A stretch of DNA of 57,677 bases, from positions 1-57,677 of the forward strand of contig RFMW01000160.1 of NCBI GenBank assembly GCA_009927485.1, in the 5' to 3' direction. This DNA is from Sphingobacteriia bacterium. Its GTDB lineage: Bacteria > Bacteroidota > Bacteroidia > UBA7662. Below the pieces are notes generated by a model. The model did no database searches and was not told the origin of the DNA. It saw only the letters and a list, made by a program, of their open reading frames with translations. Both the position numbers and the translations under genes were made by a program. This document shows positions 29,463 through 40,231 of this stretch, one piece after another. Each line of letters opens with the position of its first letter. Within the stretch, counting starts at the first letter, position 1.

Positions 29463-31748
29463 ATGAAACCAACATCGCATATTCAATCCATTAACCTGCC
29501 GGACGGTCGGGTGATCACCTTGGAAACGGGCCTAATGGCCAGACAGGCCGACGGAGCCGTCCTCTTGAGCATGGGCGATACCCGCTTGCTCGCTACCGTG
29601 GTTTCCGCCAAAGAAGCCAAAGAAGACGTGGACTTCATGCCGCTCACGGTGGATTACCAGGAGAAATTTGCATCAACCGGGAAAATCCCGGGGAGCTTTC
29701 AACGCAGAGAGGGCCGTTTGTCGGATTATGAAATCCTCATCAGCCGTTTAATTGACAGGGCGTTGCGCCCATTGTTTCCGGAAGATTATCATGCCGATAC
29801 CCAAGTACAGGTAACCCTTTTTAGTTCGGATGCGGAAATCCTCCCGGATGCCTTGGCCGGCTTAGCCGCTTCTGCAGCGCTTGCGGTTTCCAATATCCCT
29901 TTCCATGGTCCTATTTCGGAGGTTCGAGTAGCCCGTGTTGACGGACAATTGGTCATCAACCCAACGCGGACCCAGCTTGAAACCGCGGACATGGACCTGA
30001 TGGTCGCCGCGACGATGGAAAATGTCATGATGGTGGAAGGGGAGGCCAAAGAATGCTCCGAAGAAGATTTGGCCCAAGCCATTTTGGTTGCGCACAATGC
30101 CATCAAAGCGCAATGCCAAGCTCAATTGGACCTGAGATCCAAGGTGGGTGTCACGACCCGTACCTATTGCCATGAACGCTCCGACGAAGCCTTACAAAAG
30201 GCCGTGGAAAGCTTTTGTTACGACAAAGTTTATGCAGTCGCCAAGTCCGGCGCACCCAAGCATGAGCGCTCGGCAGGTTTTCGCAAAGTCCTTGAGGACT
30301 TTGTGGCCTCGATGGGAGAAGGTGCAGAAGTGGATAAGTTTTTGGTTAAGAAGTATTTCCACGATGTGGAGTACCGTGCCATGCGCAACATGATTTTGGA
30401 CGAGGAGCGTCGCCTTGATGGTCGCCGTTTGGACGAGGTCCGACCCATTTGGTGCGAAGCTGGATTTTTGCCAGCCACCCACGGTTCGGCCCTGTTCACC
30501 CGTGGTGAGACCCAGTCCCTGACCTCGGTGACCTTGGGTTCCAAAGAAGATGAGCAAATAATTGATGGAGCGGTGATCAGTGGCTACAATAATTTTCTGT
30601 TGCATTACAATTTTCCATCCTTTTCCACCGGGGAAACCCGTCCCAACAGGGGGCCGGGGCGCCGCGAAATTGGACACGGGAACCTCGCGATGCGTTCGCT
30701 CAAACAAGTCCTCCCTCCGCAAGAAGAATGCCCCTACACAATTCGAATCGTATCGGACATTCTGGAGTCCAACGGGTCCTCTTCCATGGCCACGGTCTGC
30801 GCTGGGGCTTTGGCATTGATGGATGCCGGTGTGAAAATCAAGGCTCCTGTCTCCGGGATTGCCATGGGTCTGATTACCGACGGCAACCGCTTCAAGGTCT
30901 TATCCGATATCCTCGGTGACGAAGACCATTTGGGTGATATGGATTTCAAGTTGACCGGGACAGCCAATGGAATTACCGGTTGCCAAATGGACATCAAAAT
31001 TGATGGGTTACCGTACGAGGTTTTGCTAAAGGCTTTGTCCCAGGCATCTGCAGGTCGAGCTCATATTTTGAACGAAATGAGCAAAGCCTTGGCCGGTCCT
31101 CGTGAAGACTATCGACCCCATGTTCCACGCATTACCCAATTGACCATTGACCGTGAATTCATTGGCGCGGTTATTGGACCTGGTGGTAAAATCATTCAGG
31201 AAATTCAGCGTGAGACCGGTTCCACCATCAGCATTGAAGAAAAGGGAGAACAGGGTATCGTTCAAATCTACACGGCCGATAAGGCGGGGATGGACAAAGC
31301 GGTTGCACGAATCAAAGGCATTGCCGCCAAACCCGAAATAGGAGCGGTGTATCACGGGAAAGTCAAATCGATTATGCCCTTTGGCGCCTTTGTAGAATTT
31401 ATGCCGGGCAAAGATGGTCTCTTGCACATTTCCGAGATCCGCTGGGAGCGCATCGAAACCATGGACGGTGTCTTCACCGAAGGTCAAGAATTGCAGGTGA
31501 AGCTCGTTGAAGTGGATCCCAAGACCGGCAAATTCAGGTTATCGGCCAAAGCATTGTTGCCCCGCCCTGAGGGAATGCCGGAACGTTCCCCCCGCCCGGA
31601 GCGTGGTGACCGTCCGGAGCGTGGACCTCGCCCCGACCGTGGTGATCGTGGCCCCCGCCCTGAACGTGGTGATCGTGGCCCCCGCCCTGAGTTTGGCGAT
31701 CGTACTGAAGGCGGTTCAGCCTCGGAGGCTGCACCCGCTTCGGAGTGA
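29463..31748 (+). CDS. pnp: Polyribonucleotide nucleotidyltransferase (PNPase) with an Arg/Pro/Asp/Glu-rich C-terminal tail
   Basis: 761 aa. Two RNase PH domains, a KH domain ([15 protein letters not shown]) and an S1 domain ([15 protein letters not shown]), followed by a 62 aa repetitive tail. Confidence 0.95.
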   Translation: MKPTSHIQSINLPDGRVITLETGLMARQADGAVLLSMGDTRLLATVVSAKEAKEDVDFMPLTVDYQEKFASTGKIPGSFQRREGRLSDYEILISRLIDRALRPLFPEDYHADTQVQVTLFSSDAEILPDALAGLAASAALAVSNIPFHGPISEVRVARVDGQLVINPTRTQLETADMDLMVAATMENVMMVEGEAKECSEEDLAQAILVAHNAIKAQCQAQLDLRSKVGVTTRTYCHERSDEALQKAVESFCYDKVYAVAKSGAPKHERSAGFRKVLEDFVASMGEGAEVDKFLVKKYFHDVEYRAMRNMILDEERRLDGRRLDEVRPIWCEAGFLPATHGSALFTRGETQSLTSVTLGSKEDEQIIDGAVISGYNNFLLHYNFPSFSTGETRPNRGPGRREIGHGNLAMRSLKQVLPPQEECPYTIRIVSDILESNGSSSMATVCAGALALMDAGVKIKAPVSGIAMGLITDGNRFKVLSDILGDEDHLGDMDFKLTGTANGITGCQMDIKIDGLPYEVLLKALSQASAGRAHILNEMSKALAGPREDYRPHVPRITQLTIDREFIGAVIGPGGKIIQEIQRETGSTISIEEKGEQGIVQIYTADKAGMDKAVARIKGIAAKPEIGAVYHGKVKSIMPFGAFVEFMPGKDGLLHISEIRWERIETMDGVFTEGQELQVKLVEVDPKTGKFRLSAKALLPRPEGMPERSPRPERGDRPERGPRPDRGDRGPRPERGDRGPRPEFGDRTEGGSASEAAPASE
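31638..31691 (+). repeat. In-frame 27-nt tandem duplication inside the pnp tail
   Basis: cgtggtgatcgtggcccccgccctgaa occurs at 31638-31664 and repeats at 31665-31691 with a single mismatch at the last base. Degenerate copies extend from about 31585. Confidence 0.9.
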
Positions 31749-31832
31749 GATTAATTTTTTCTTATTTTTTGTTATCAGGGATTTTTTTTCCTGATTTGGG
31801 TCGTAGTTTCCTAATAACGAAATTGGGGACCT

Positions 31833-32699
31833 ATGAGACAGCTCAAGATCATCCGCCAAATAACATCCAGAGACCAGATTTCTCTGGATAAATACCTCAT
31901 GGAAATCGGTCGCATCGAGATTCTTGATGCGGATCGTGAAGCAGAACTAGCCCGCAGAGCCAAGGCCGGTGATTCAGAAGCCTTGGAGCAGCTGGTTTCC
32001 GCCAACCTACGCTTTGTGGTATCGGTGGCCAAGCAATACCAGCACCAAGGCCTCGCATTGAGTGATTTAATCAACGAGGGTAACCTTGGCCTGATTAAAG
32101 CCGCCGGACGCTTCGACGAAACCAGAGGTTTCAAATTCATTTCCTATGCCGTGTGGTGGATCCGTCAATCCATCCTGCAGGCCCTTGCCGATCAAGGAAG
32201 AGTGGTCCGTTTGCCCTTGAACCGAGTGGGCTTAATGTCCAGAATCTCCAAACTTGGATCCCGCATGGAACAAGAATTGCAGCGTGATGTTTCCGATCAG
32301 GAAATCGCAGCCATGCTTGAGATTTCATCCGCGGAGGTGGGCGAGACTTCCACTTTATCCCTACGGCATCTATCCATGGATGCTCCCGTTACCGATGATG
32401 AGGATGTTAAACTCATGGATCGTTTGGAGGATAAGGATCGAAATCTCCAACCTGGCCTGGGTATGGAACAAGAATCGTTGGTTGCCGATATTGAATCTTC
32501 CTTACGTGAATTGCCAAGCAGGGAAGCGGAGATCATCCGTTGTTTTTTTGGGATTAGCGGAAGATCGGTGCTTGGGTTGGATGAGCTGAGCGCTCGTTTT
32601 GAATTGTCCAGGGAGAGGGTTCGCCAAATCAAAGAGCGATCCTTGAGGCGTTTACGATCCATGCACAAGACCCAGCGATTGCGGGGTTACCTGGGTTAG
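31833..32699 (+). CDS. rpoD: Primary RNA polymerase sigma factor (short Bacteroidota RpoD/SigA type)
   Basis: 288 aa. Region 2 reads NLRFVVSVAKQY...LSDLINEGNLGLIKAAGRFD...FISYAVWWIRQSI. Region 4 reads LSRERVRQIKERSLRRL. Confidence 0.9.
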   Translation: MRQLKIIRQITSRDQISLDKYLMEIGRIEILDADREAELARRAKAGDSEALEQLVSANLRFVVSVAKQYQHQGLALSDLINEGNLGLIKAAGRFDETRGFKFISYAVWWIRQSILQALADQGRVVRLPLNRVGLMSRISKLGSRMEQELQRDVSDQEIAAMLEISSAEVGETSTLSLRHLSMDAPVTDDEDVKLMDRLEDKDRNLQPGLGMEQESLVADIESSLRELPSREAEIIRCFFGISGRSVLGLDELSARFELSRERVRQIKERSLRRLRSMHKTQRLRGYLG

Positions 32700-32724
32700 T
32701 GGGCCTGCATCGTCGGCAAATCAC

Positions 32725-34323
32725 TCAATCGTCCGCACCATCCGAGGATTCTTCCAAGATGAGTTCGGCAGAAAATCGGAATTCCAAATCAGGATTTTCT
32801 GCTTGCAGTCTTTGTAACATCCATTGAGAATCTGCCAGGTACACCGAGCGTGCGTCTTTGTCAAAAGCCTGATGCTCACGTCGGTATTGAAAGAAATCCT
32901 CGATCTTGTCAGGATTGGCGGCATGGATCCAACATGCTTTGAGGTAGGGGAGGGATTGGTACTGTACCTTGGCTCCGTATTCATGAAGTAGTCTAAATTG
33001 AATCACATCAAATTGCAGTTCGCCTACGGTTCCGATGATTTTGCGATTCCCCGGTTGTTGCACAAAGAGTTGAGCCACCCCTTCATCGGTCAATTGCCTT
33101 AGGCCTTTTTCGAATTGTTTGGCCTTGAAAGGATCGAGGTTTTCGACCCTGCGAAAGAGCTCCGGGGAAAAGGCAGGAATTCCCTTAAAAAACAAGTGTT
33201 CTCCTTCGGTTAGGCTGTCACCAATTTTGAAATTCCCGGTATCGTAGAGGCCCACCACATCTCCCGGCCAGGCCTCATCAACGGTGTTGCGATCGCTCGC
33301 TTGAAAAAGGAGTGGGGCGGAGAATCGGATTTTTTTGTCCAAACGGACATGGTGATAAAATTTGTTACGTTCAAATTTTCCGGAACAAATTCGCATAAAG
33401 GCGATGCGATCCCGATGATTGGGATCCAGGTTGGCGTGGATTTTGAAAACAAACCCCGTTAACTTGGGATGTTGGGTTTCGATGATCCCTGTTCGAGTTT
33501 CACGAGGTCCGGGTTCAGGGGCTATCTGCACAAAGGTGTCCAGAAGTTCCCGAATACCAAAATTATTCAAGGCAGATCCGAAGAAAATCGGTGCTTGCGC
33601 TGCCTGGAGGTAGGCTTCTTGTCGAAAGTCTCCATACACTTCCAACAAATCCAGGTCTTCACGGAGTTTGCGGGCCAATGGACCGAGCAAGTCGTCAATT
33701 CGCTGATCGTTAAGGTCATCGAAGCTGCGTATATCCGAGGCGATGCTGGTCTTGGAAGCCGAAAAAAGATCCAGGTGTTTGCGATGCTTGTTATAGACGC
33801 CTTTGAAACGATCGCCTTGACCAATGGGCCAACTGAGTGGGCAAGGAGTCAAACCTAATTTGTTTTCGAGTTCGTCCAGCAGATCAAAGGGGTCCAGGCC
33901 TTCGCGGTCCATCTTGTTGATCAAAACGATGACCGGTGTCGCACGCATTCGGCATACCCGCATCAAATTCTCGGTTTGTTCCTCGACTCCTTTGGCGGCG
34001 TCCACCACCAGAATTACCGAGTCCACCGCGGTGAGTGTGCGGTAGGTATCTTCTGCGAAATCCTTGTGACCAGGAGTATCCAAAATATTCACCCTGCATC
34101 CGCCGTATTCAAATCCCATAACGGAGGTGGATACCGATATACCCCTTTGCTTCTCGATTTCCATGAAATCGGAAGTAGCGGTCTTGCGAATTTTATTGGA
34201 CTTAACAGCCCCGGCCGTTTGAATTGCCCCACCAAAAAGCAAGAACTTTTCGGTCAAGGTTGTTTTCCCAGCGTCAGGGTGGGAAATAATCGCAAAGGTT
34301 CGTCGAGGTATGTTCTTGTTCAT
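32725..34323 (-). CDS. prfC: Peptide chain release factor 3
   Basis: Contains [28 protein letters not shown] and NKMDR. The ATG at 34323 is preferred over the TTG at 34335. Confidence 0.93.
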   Translation of the reverse strand: MNKNIPRRTFAIISHPDAGKTTLTEKFLLFGGAIQTAGAVKSNKIRKTATSDFMEIEKQRGISVSTSVMGFEYGGCRVNILDTPGHKDFAEDTYRTLTAVDSVILVVDAAKGVEEQTENLMRVCRMRATPVIVLINKMDREGLDPFDLLDELENKLGLTPCPLSWPIGQGDRFKGVYNKHRKHLDLFSASKTSIASDIRSFDDLNDQRIDDLLGPLARKLREDLDLLEVYGDFRQEAYLQAAQAPIFFGSALNNFGIRELLDTFVQIAPEPGPRETRTGIIETQHPKLTGFVFKIHANLDPNHRDRIAFMRICSGKFERNKFYHHVRLDKKIRFSAPLLFQASDRNTVDEAWPGDVVGLYDTGNFKIGDSLTEGEHLFFKGIPAFSPELFRRVENLDPFKAKQFEKGLRQLTDEGVAQLFVQQPGNRKIIGTVGELQFDVIQFRLLHEYGAKVQYQSLPYLKACWIHAANPDKIEDFFQYRREHQAFDKDARSVYLADSQWMLQRLQAENPDLEFRFSAELILEESSDGADD

Positions 34324-34332
34324 GGAAGGGGT

Positions 34333-34340
34333 CAAAGATA
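34333..34340 (-). promoter_or_regulatory. Candidate sigma-A -7 box (TATCTTTG) for prfC, implying a very short leader
   Basis: The plus strand reads caaagata. The box ends 9 nt upstream of the ATG at 34323. Confidence 0.35.
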
Positions 34341-34359
34341 ACCAAGACCTTTCTTCAGG

Positions 34360-34367
34360 TAAATTTG
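34360..34367 (+). promoter_or_regulatory. Candidate sigma-A -7 box (TAAATTTG) for the TlpA-like gene
   Basis: TAAATTTG lies 21 nt upstream of the ATG at 34389. Confidence 0.35.
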
Positions 34368-34388
34368 GGCCAAATCCCCAAAGCTGCC

Positions 34389-34958
34389 ATGGAAATTACC
34401 CGTTTGTTTCGCCTTGCGCTCGTCACTGCTTCCGTCTGTCTGTTGGCTTCCTTGGTTTGGTGGTGGTACTCCAAGCCATCGCTTAACGAGGAAACCTTAA
34501 CCAAGGTACCTGTATTTGAATTTCCTCTGATTGGGCGAAGCGGGGTGGTGACCAGGCATCAATTCAAAGGGCAATACTTGGTGGTTTCTTATTTCAATCC
34601 GGATTGTTCCCATTGCAGGCGCCTTGCTGCAACCGTTGGAGAGAAGCCGACAGGCACCAAAATAAAATTACGCGGCAAAGAAATTCGGGTAGGATGGTTG
34701 TGGGTAACCCGCTTCGATGAGGACCAGGCCTGGAATTTCATCAAAGATTTTGGTCTGACAGACAAGCCGCACACCTATTTGGCCGCGGATCGGGAGGGTT
34801 CCTTCTACAGGGCCTTTGGGGACATGCATGTACCTTCCCTCTATGTATTTGACCCGCAAGGAAATTTCCTGGAAGCTGTTTTCGATGAACCGCTCTACAG
34901 CGATGTCCTCAAAATCATCGGTGGAGGACAAGCTCAGAAACCCAAGAAAATCAGGTAA
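34389..34958 (+). CDS. TlpA/redoxin-family thiol-disulfide oxidoreductase, membrane anchored
   Basis: N-terminal TM segment [18 protein letters not shown] and CxxC motif [11 protein letters not shown]. The ATG at 34389 is preferred over the TTG at 34365. Confidence 0.7.
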   Translation: MEITRLFRLALVTASVCLLASLVWWWYSKPSLNEETLTKVPVFEFPLIGRSGVVTRHQFKGQYLVVSYFNPDCSHCRRLAATVGEKPTGTKIKLRGKEIRVGWLWVTRFDEDQAWNFIKDFGLTDKPHTYLAADREGSFYRAFGDMHVPSLYVFDPQGNFLEAVFDEPLYSDVLKIIGGGQAQKPKKIR

Positions 34959-34961
34959 AGA

Positions 34962-35018
34962 AGGCTTAGAGCAACATCGAAGGCTTAACGCAACATCGAT
35001 GGCTTAGAGCAACATCGA
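34962..35018. repeat. Three tandem 19-nt units spanning the E2 stop codon
   Basis: The units are aggcttagagcaacatcga (34962-34980), aggcttaacgcaacatcga (34981-34999) and tggcttagagcaacatcga (35000-35018). Confidence 0.9.
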
Positions 35019-36269
35019 TACTGGATCGCGGAGCATCAACGCAAAGCTTTGGAGGAAGGCGGCACCGGTTGCCCCGTCCACCACCCGATGATCACAAGAT
35101 AATGTTACGGTCATGCGTTGTCCGATTCCCAATTGTCCGTTGCGTACTACAGGGCATTCGCGAACTGCACCAACCGCCATGATGCAGGCATCCGGTGGAT
35201 TGATGATGGCGGTGAACGCCTCGATACCAAACATTCCCAAATTGCTAATTGTAAAGGTATTACCCTCCCAATCTTGAGGTTGGAGCTTCTTTTCTCGGGC
35301 TTTGGCGGCAAAGTCCTTGGATTGGCTGGCCAATTGAACCAAATTCTTTTGGTCGGCAAAGCGCAGTACCGGCACGACAAGTCCTTCGGGCAGGGCCATA
35401 GCTACTCCGATATGGATATGCTCGTTTTGTCGAATGCGATCGCCAAGCCAGGAGGAATTGACCACGGGATGTTGCCGCAAGGCCATCGCAGCCGCCTTGA
35501 TTACCAAATCGTTGACCGAAATCTTGACCGGTGAGTTTTGATTCAACCGGGCCCTGGCTTCTACCGCCTGGTCCATGTCAATTTCCATGGTGAGGTAGAA
35601 GTGAGGCGCCGCATTTTTGGATTCGGAAAGCCTTCTTGCAATGGTTTTACGCATTTGGGATAAGGGCAGATCCTTGAAGGATTCGCCTTGACCCGCTGCC
35701 CTGTTCAGGTAAGCACTCAAATCCATGCTCGTTCCCAATCCCGATGCTTGAGGGGTCCCTGAAACGGCAGATCCTTGGTAATTCTCAATATCGCGACGCA
35801 CGATTCGGCCATGGTCCCCCGACCCCTGGATTTGAGACAATGAAAGTCCGAGATCTGCTGCCATTTTTTTGGCGAGTGGGGAGGCCTTAACACGATGGTC
35901 ATCGGTCGAACCTTGATGCATATCGGTCGAGGCAACAGGTACGCTGGGTTCAGGATTCGATGGTGCTTCAGGTTGGGCAATGGAGGGGTCAATTGGCCCT
36001 GAGTTTGACAACAAAGAGGAAATGTCCTCGCCTTCTTTACCAACGATGGCAATGATGGCATCCACCGGAACGGCTTGGCCTTGCTCAACACCGATGTGAA
36101 GCAGCGTGCCTTTGACATAATTTTCCAATTCCATGGTGGCCTTGTCGGTTTCAACTTCCGCGAGGATATCGCCGGATTTGACAGGGTCGCCAACTTTTTT
36201 GTTCCAAGCGACGATAACCCCTTCGGTCATCGTATCACTCATTTTGGGCATTCGGATTATTTCGGCCAT
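35004..36269 (-). CDS. Dihydrolipoamide acyltransferase (E2) of a 2-oxoacid dehydrogenase complex
   Basis: 421 aa. Lipoyl domain (EVETDKATMELE), a peripheral subunit-binding domain (ASPLAKKMAADLGL) and a catalytic domain (LSCDHRVVDGA). Confidence 0.9.
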   Translation of the reverse strand: MAEIIRMPKMSDTMTEGVIVAWNKKVGDPVKSGDILAEVETDKATMELENYVKGTLLHIGVEQGQAVPVDAIIAIVGKEGEDISSLLSNSGPIDPSIAQPEAPSNPEPSVPVASTDMHQGSTDDHRVKASPLAKKMAADLGLSLSQIQGSGDHGRIVRRDIENYQGSAVSGTPQASGLGTSMDLSAYLNRAAGQGESFKDLPLSQMRKTIARRLSESKNAAPHFYLTMEIDMDQAVEARARLNQNSPVKISVNDLVIKAAAMALRQHPVVNSSWLGDRIRQNEHIHIGVAMALPEGLVVPVLRFADQKNLVQLASQSKDFAAKAREKKLQPQDWEGNTFTISNLGMFGIEAFTAIINPPDACIMAVGAVRECPVVRNGQLGIGQRMTVTLSCDHRVVDGATGAAFLQSFALMLRDPVSMLL

Positions 36270-36300
36270 CAGCAGGGGGTTCTTGACTTTGGAAAAAGGC

Positions 36301-36308
36301 TAGGTTTG
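36301..36308 (+). promoter_or_regulatory. Candidate sigma-A -7 box (TAGGTTTG) for the FAD-linked oxidase gene
   Basis: TAGGTTTG lies 34 nt upstream of the ATG at 36343. Confidence 0.35.
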
Positions 36309-36316
36309 TCGAAGCG

Positions 36317-36324
36317 CAAAATTA
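36317..36324 (-). promoter_or_regulatory. Candidate sigma-A -7 box (TAATTTTG, followed by CG) for the E2 gene
   Basis: The plus strand reads gcgcaaaatta, so the minus strand reads TAATTTTGCGC. The box lies about 45 nt upstream of the ATG at 36269. Confidence 0.4.
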
Positions 36325-36342
36325 ATTCAATAACTTAGGCCC

Positions 36343-37731
36343 ATGGCTTTGACAACGTCTTTTTTGGATGAAATCCTTGCATTCATGCCATCGGATGCCG
36401 TTCGATTAAACGATTTGGAAGAATTCGGCAGGGATGAGACCGACGATTATTGTTTCGAGCCTGATTTGGTCCTCTTCCCGGGAAGCGCGGAGGACACAGC
36501 CCGAATTTTAGCCTTGTGTAACCGGTACAAGGTTCCGGTGACTTGTCGAGGGGGTGGAACAGGCTTAAGCGGAGGTGCATTGCCGGTAAAGGGTGGCTTG
36601 GTCCTGAGCACGGATCGTTTAAACCGAATTCTGTATATTGATACGGCCAACTTGCAGGTTACCGTGGAACCGGGGGTGATTACCCAAGTGCTCCAGGAGT
36701 CGGTAGCGGAATTTGGCCTGTATTACCCCCCCGACCCTTCGTCCAGGGGAACATGCACCTTGGGTGGGAACCTGGCGGAGTCCGCAGGTGGACCGCATGC
36801 CTTCAAATACGGAACCACCAGAGACTATGTTTTGAATCTTCAGGTTGCCTTGATGGATGGTTCCTTGATTTGGACAGGGGCCAACGTGACCAAATACGCC
36901 ACAGGGTATCACCTTACACAGTTGATGGTGGGCAGCGAGGGTACCCTGGGGGTGATTACCCAAGCCGTACTGAAGTTGATCCCCGCTCCGGGGGCTGATT
37001 TACTGCTTTCAGTTCCCTTCTATGATTTGGAATCAGCTTGCAGGGCCGTTTCGGCTATACAACTTGCGGGGATACGGCCATCGGCAGTGGAGTTCATGGA
37101 AAAAGAGGCTTTGGAAATGTCTGCAAAATTTCTAGGAATCACCATGCCATTCCCTGCCGAAGTGGTTGCGGAATTGCTTATTGAACTTGACGGAGACAGC
37201 TTGGACCAGCTGTACCCGCTGGCGGAACGTTTATCCGGAATTTTGGAACAAGAAGGCGCAGGCGAAATACGATTGGCTGATCAAGCGGATACCAAGGAGA
37301 CCTTGTGGCGACTGCGTCGGCAAATCGGTCATGCCGTCCGGGCTCATTCCACCTACAAGGAGGAAGACACGGTGGTCCCCATGTCCGCGTTGCCTTCTTT
37401 AATGCTCAAGGTCAAAGCCTTATGTCGTAAGTACGGGGTTCGATCGGTTTGTTATGGGCATGCCGGTGATGGGAATATTCATGTGAATTTGCTGAAAGAG
37501 CAACACCCCGACCCATACTGGAACCAGACCCTGCCCATCATGATCGAGGAATTGTTTGAAGAGGTGCACCGATTGGGAGGCACGGTATCCGGTGAACATG
37601 GTATAGGCTGGTCCCAGAAGAGGTACATGGCCTTGGTCATGGACCCCGTCCAAATTCAGCTCATGAAGGGCATCAAGGCCGTCTTTGACCCCTTGGGGCT
37701 GCTCAATCCCGGGAAAATTTGGGAGGCTTGA
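36343..37731 (+). CDS. FAD-binding oxidase (GlcD / D-lactate dehydrogenase-like)
   Basis: 462 aa. FAD-binding PCMH domain (VPVTCRGGGTGLSGGALP). The C-terminus has GHAGDGNIHVN and GTVSGEHGIG. Confidence 0.85.
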   Translation: MALTTSFLDEILAFMPSDAVRLNDLEEFGRDETDDYCFEPDLVLFPGSAEDTARILALCNRYKVPVTCRGGGTGLSGGALPVKGGLVLSTDRLNRILYIDTANLQVTVEPGVITQVLQESVAEFGLYYPPDPSSRGTCTLGGNLAESAGGPHAFKYGTTRDYVLNLQVALMDGSLIWTGANVTKYATGYHLTQLMVGSEGTLGVITQAVLKLIPAPGADLLLSVPFYDLESACRAVSAIQLAGIRPSAVEFMEKEALEMSAKFLGITMPFPAEVVAELLIELDGDSLDQLYPLAERLSGILEQEGAGEIRLADQADTKETLWRLRRQIGHAVRAHSTYKEEDTVVPMSALPSLMLKVKALCRKYGVRSVCYGHAGDGNIHVNLLKEQHPDPYWNQTLPIMIEELFEEVHRLGGTVSGEHGIGWSQKRYMALVMDPVQIQLMKGIKAVFDPLGLLNPGKIWEA

Positions 37732-37756
37732 ATGGCCAATCACAGGCCTATCTTTG
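37728..37756 (+). promoter_or_regulatory. Candidate sigma-A promoter for hppA (TTG-N18-TATCTTTG, followed by CG)
   Basis: TTG at 37728-37730 and TATCTTTG at 37749-37756, 24 nt upstream of the ATG at 37781. Confidence 0.5.
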
Positions 37757-37780
37757 CGCCTGCTTTTCTAAAAAATCGTT

Positions 37781-40120
37781 ATGAGTACACAAACCCTTCT
37801 TTATTTGGTGCCTCTGTGTGGGGTTGCCGGACTGCTGTTCACCTTTTGGAAGTCATCATGGGTGGCTGCCCAAGATCCGGGTGATGCCAAAATGCGTAAA
37901 ATTGCCGGCCATATTGCCGAAGGCGCTATGGCCTTCCTCAAGGCCGAGTACAAGATTCTTGCCGTTTTTGTGGCCTGCGTTGCCGTTTTGTTGGCGCTGA
38001 CCAGTCCTGCCGAGACCTCTTCACCGCTGGTTGGCTTTGCCTTCGTGGTGGGTGCGCTGTGTTCGGGCCTGGCCGGTTTTATCGGAATGCAGGTAGCCAC
38101 CAAAGCCAATGTACGGACAGCCAATGCTGCCCGTACCGGATTGTCCAAAGCCCTTGAAATTGCCTTCGCGGGCGGTTCTGTCATGGGAATGGGTGTTGTC
38201 GGCCTGGGGGTTTTGGGCTTGAGCCTGTGTTTTATCTTTTTTGCAGGTCAATTCGGGGTAGGTGACCAGGCTTCGGTGAATAAAGTCATTACGGTGATCA
38301 CCGGTTTTTCGTTTGGTGCTTCGTCGATTGCCCTCTTTGCCCGCGTTGGTGGTGGTATCTATACCAAGGCAGCCGACGTTGGTGCCGACCTGGTGGGTAA
38401 AGTCGAAGCCGGAATCCCGGAGGATCATCCTTTGAACCCGGCAACCATTGCCGACAATGTCGGGGATAATGTCGGTGATGTGGCCGGTATGGGAGCCGAC
38501 CTTTTTGAATCGTATGTGGGTTCCATTGTGGGGACCATGGTCTTGGGTGCCGCCTTCATGGCCGGTGGCTTTGCCGATCAGTTCAACGGTTTGTCCGGGG
38601 TTCTGCTGCCTTTGGTTCTTGCCGGTACCGGTATCCTCATGTCCATCCTGGGGACCTTTTTTGTGAAAACACGCGAAGGGGGTGATCCTCAAAAGGCTCT
38701 GAACATGGGGGAATTTCTCTCGTCAGGGCTCATGATTGTGGCCTCCTACTTTATAATAACGTGGATGCTGCCCGCCGAATGGTGGTTCAAAGATCCCCTG
38801 TACGCTTGGGCTGATCCAGAGCGTGGCAATCACTATACCGCGATGGGTATTTTTTATGCAACCATTATTGGATTGGTTGCCGGCGTACTCGTGGGACTTA
38901 TCACCGAATACTATACCGGAACCGGGAAGAAGCCTGTCTTGTCCATCGTACGTCAGTCCTCTACGGGAGCTGCGACCAATATTATTGCTGGTCTTGGGGT
39001 GGGAATGATGTCCACTGCTATTCCTATTTTGTTGATTGCGGCCAGCATTATCGGGGCCTTTCATTTTGGGGGTTTGTACGGGATCGCTATTGCTGCCGTG
39101 GGGATGTTGGCCAATACCGGTATTCAATTGGCGGTGGATGCTTACGGCCCTATTTCGGATAACGCCGGAGGTATTGCCGAAATGAGTGAACTCCCCAAAG
39201 AAGTTCGTCAGCGTACCGACAAACTGGACGCGGTAGGGAACACAACCGCCGCAATTGGGAAAGGTTTTGCCATTGCATCGGCGGCCTTGACGGCTTTGGC
39301 CTTGTTTGGAGCCTACATGTCTTCGGCGGGTATTGCAAGCATCGATATCTCCAAGGCCAATGTGATTGCATGCTTGTTTATTGGAGCCATGTTGCCCTTT
39401 GTCTTCTCGGCGATGGCAATGGGTGCCGTTGGACGTGCAGCCATGTCCATGATCGAAGAAGTGCGTCGTCAATTCAATACCATCCCAGCCCTTAAGGCCG
39501 CCTTGGACGCCATGCGTCGTAACGGGGACAAAGAGCTTAAGGATTGGTCCGCCGAAGACCAAGCAATTTTCCATCAAGCCGATGGGGTTGCTGAGTACGG
39601 AAAATGTGTTGAGATTTCGACCAAGGCCGCCATTCGTGAAATGGTTCTGCCTGGTTTATTGGCTGTTGTGGTCCCTGTGGTGGTAGGCTTTATTTTTGGC
39701 GCCGAGCCATTGGGGGGCATGCTGGCCGGTGTGACCGTCTCCGGGGTCTTGATGGCGATCTTCCAATCCAACGCCGGCGGCGCTTGGGATAATGCCAAAA
39801 AAATGTTCGAAGAAGGTGTCGAGATCAACGGCAAAACCTACTACAAAAAATCCGATCCGCACAAAGCGGCGGTGGTAGGCGATACGGTGGGTGATCCTTT
39901 CAAGGACACCTCCGGGCCTTCGTTGAATATTTTGTTAAAACTCATATCGGTGGTGGCCCTCGTGATGGCTCCAGCCTTGGTTGACAAAGACAAAGTCAAG
40001 TCGGTCGAAATGACGGAACCTGCCGCCATCGAATCGGTTGAGGGCATGGAAGCCCCTGCCGAAGAAGTGCCTGCCGCTGAACAGGCGCCGGCCTCCGAAC
40101 AAGCGGTCCCTGCTCCTTAA
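37781..40120 (+). CDS. hppA: Membrane-bound cation-translocating pyrophosphatase (K+-dependent type)
   Basis: 779 aa. Contains [33 protein letters not shown] and [27 protein letters not shown] has Ala at the position that is Lys in K+-independent enzymes. Confidence 0.95.
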   Translation: MSTQTLLYLVPLCGVAGLLFTFWKSSWVAAQDPGDAKMRKIAGHIAEGAMAFLKAEYKILAVFVACVAVLLALTSPAETSSPLVGFAFVVGALCSGLAGFIGMQVATKANVRTANAARTGLSKALEIAFAGGSVMGMGVVGLGVLGLSLCFIFFAGQFGVGDQASVNKVITVITGFSFGASSIALFARVGGGIYTKAADVGADLVGKVEAGIPEDHPLNPATIADNVGDNVGDVAGMGADLFESYVGSIVGTMVLGAAFMAGGFADQFNGLSGVLLPLVLAGTGILMSILGTFFVKTREGGDPQKALNMGEFLSSGLMIVASYFIITWMLPAEWWFKDPLYAWADPERGNHYTAMGIFYATIIGLVAGVLVGLITEYYTGTGKKPVLSIVRQSSTGAATNIIAGLGVGMMSTAIPILLIAASIIGAFHFGGLYGIAIAAVGMLANTGIQLAVDAYGPISDNAGGIAEMSELPKEVRQRTDKLDAVGNTTAAIGKGFAIASAALTALALFGAYMSSAGIASIDISKANVIACLFIGAMLPFVFSAMAMGAVGRAAMSMIEEVRRQFNTIPALKAALDAMRRNGDKELKDWSAEDQAIFHQADGVAEYGKCVEISTKAAIREMVLPGLLAVVVPVVVGFIFGAEPLGGMLAGVTVSGVLMAIFQSNAGGAWDNAKKMFEEGVEINGKTYYKKSDPHKAAVVGDTVGDPFKDTSGPSLNILLKLISVVALVMAPALVDKDKVKSVEMTEPAAIESVEGMEAPAEEVPAAEQAPASEQAVPAP

Positions 40121-40148
40121 GTCACCGTTCGAAAGTCCAAATCACCTA

Positions 40149-40182
40149 CGGGTCTTGCCTCCAAGCAAGGCCCGTTTTTTTT
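40149..40182 (+). terminator. Rho-independent terminator after hppA
   Basis: A 10-bp stem, cgggtcttgc (40149-40158) with gcaaggcccg (40165-40174), containing one G-U pair, a 6-nt loop and a run of 8 T. Confidence 0.65.
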
Positions 40183-40231
40183 GGGTGCGAAGTTGAGCGG
40201 GTTTAAGGGAAGCGGTTGGGTATGGGGGCGT

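Noticed and set aside
31585-31700. The repetitive DNA at the pnp 3' end, considered as a possible CRISPR-like or non-coding repeat array.
   Set aside because: The repeats are contiguous with no spacers and are in frame. They translate to the RGDRGPRPE tail of PNPase.
31749-31832. The hairpin atcaggga/ttcctgat in the T-rich pnp-rpoD spacer, considered as a terminator or as the rpoD promoter.
   Set aside because: The stem is short, has a U-rich loop and is not followed by a U-tract. No clean TAnnTTTG box was found, so the evidence is too weak to annotate.
38021-39577. Two long minus-strand ORFs (223 aa and 284 aa) opposite hppA.
   Set aside because: They are antisense to a strongly conserved pyrophosphatase gene. 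Their composition is His/Gly/Arg/Asn-rich with no motifs.
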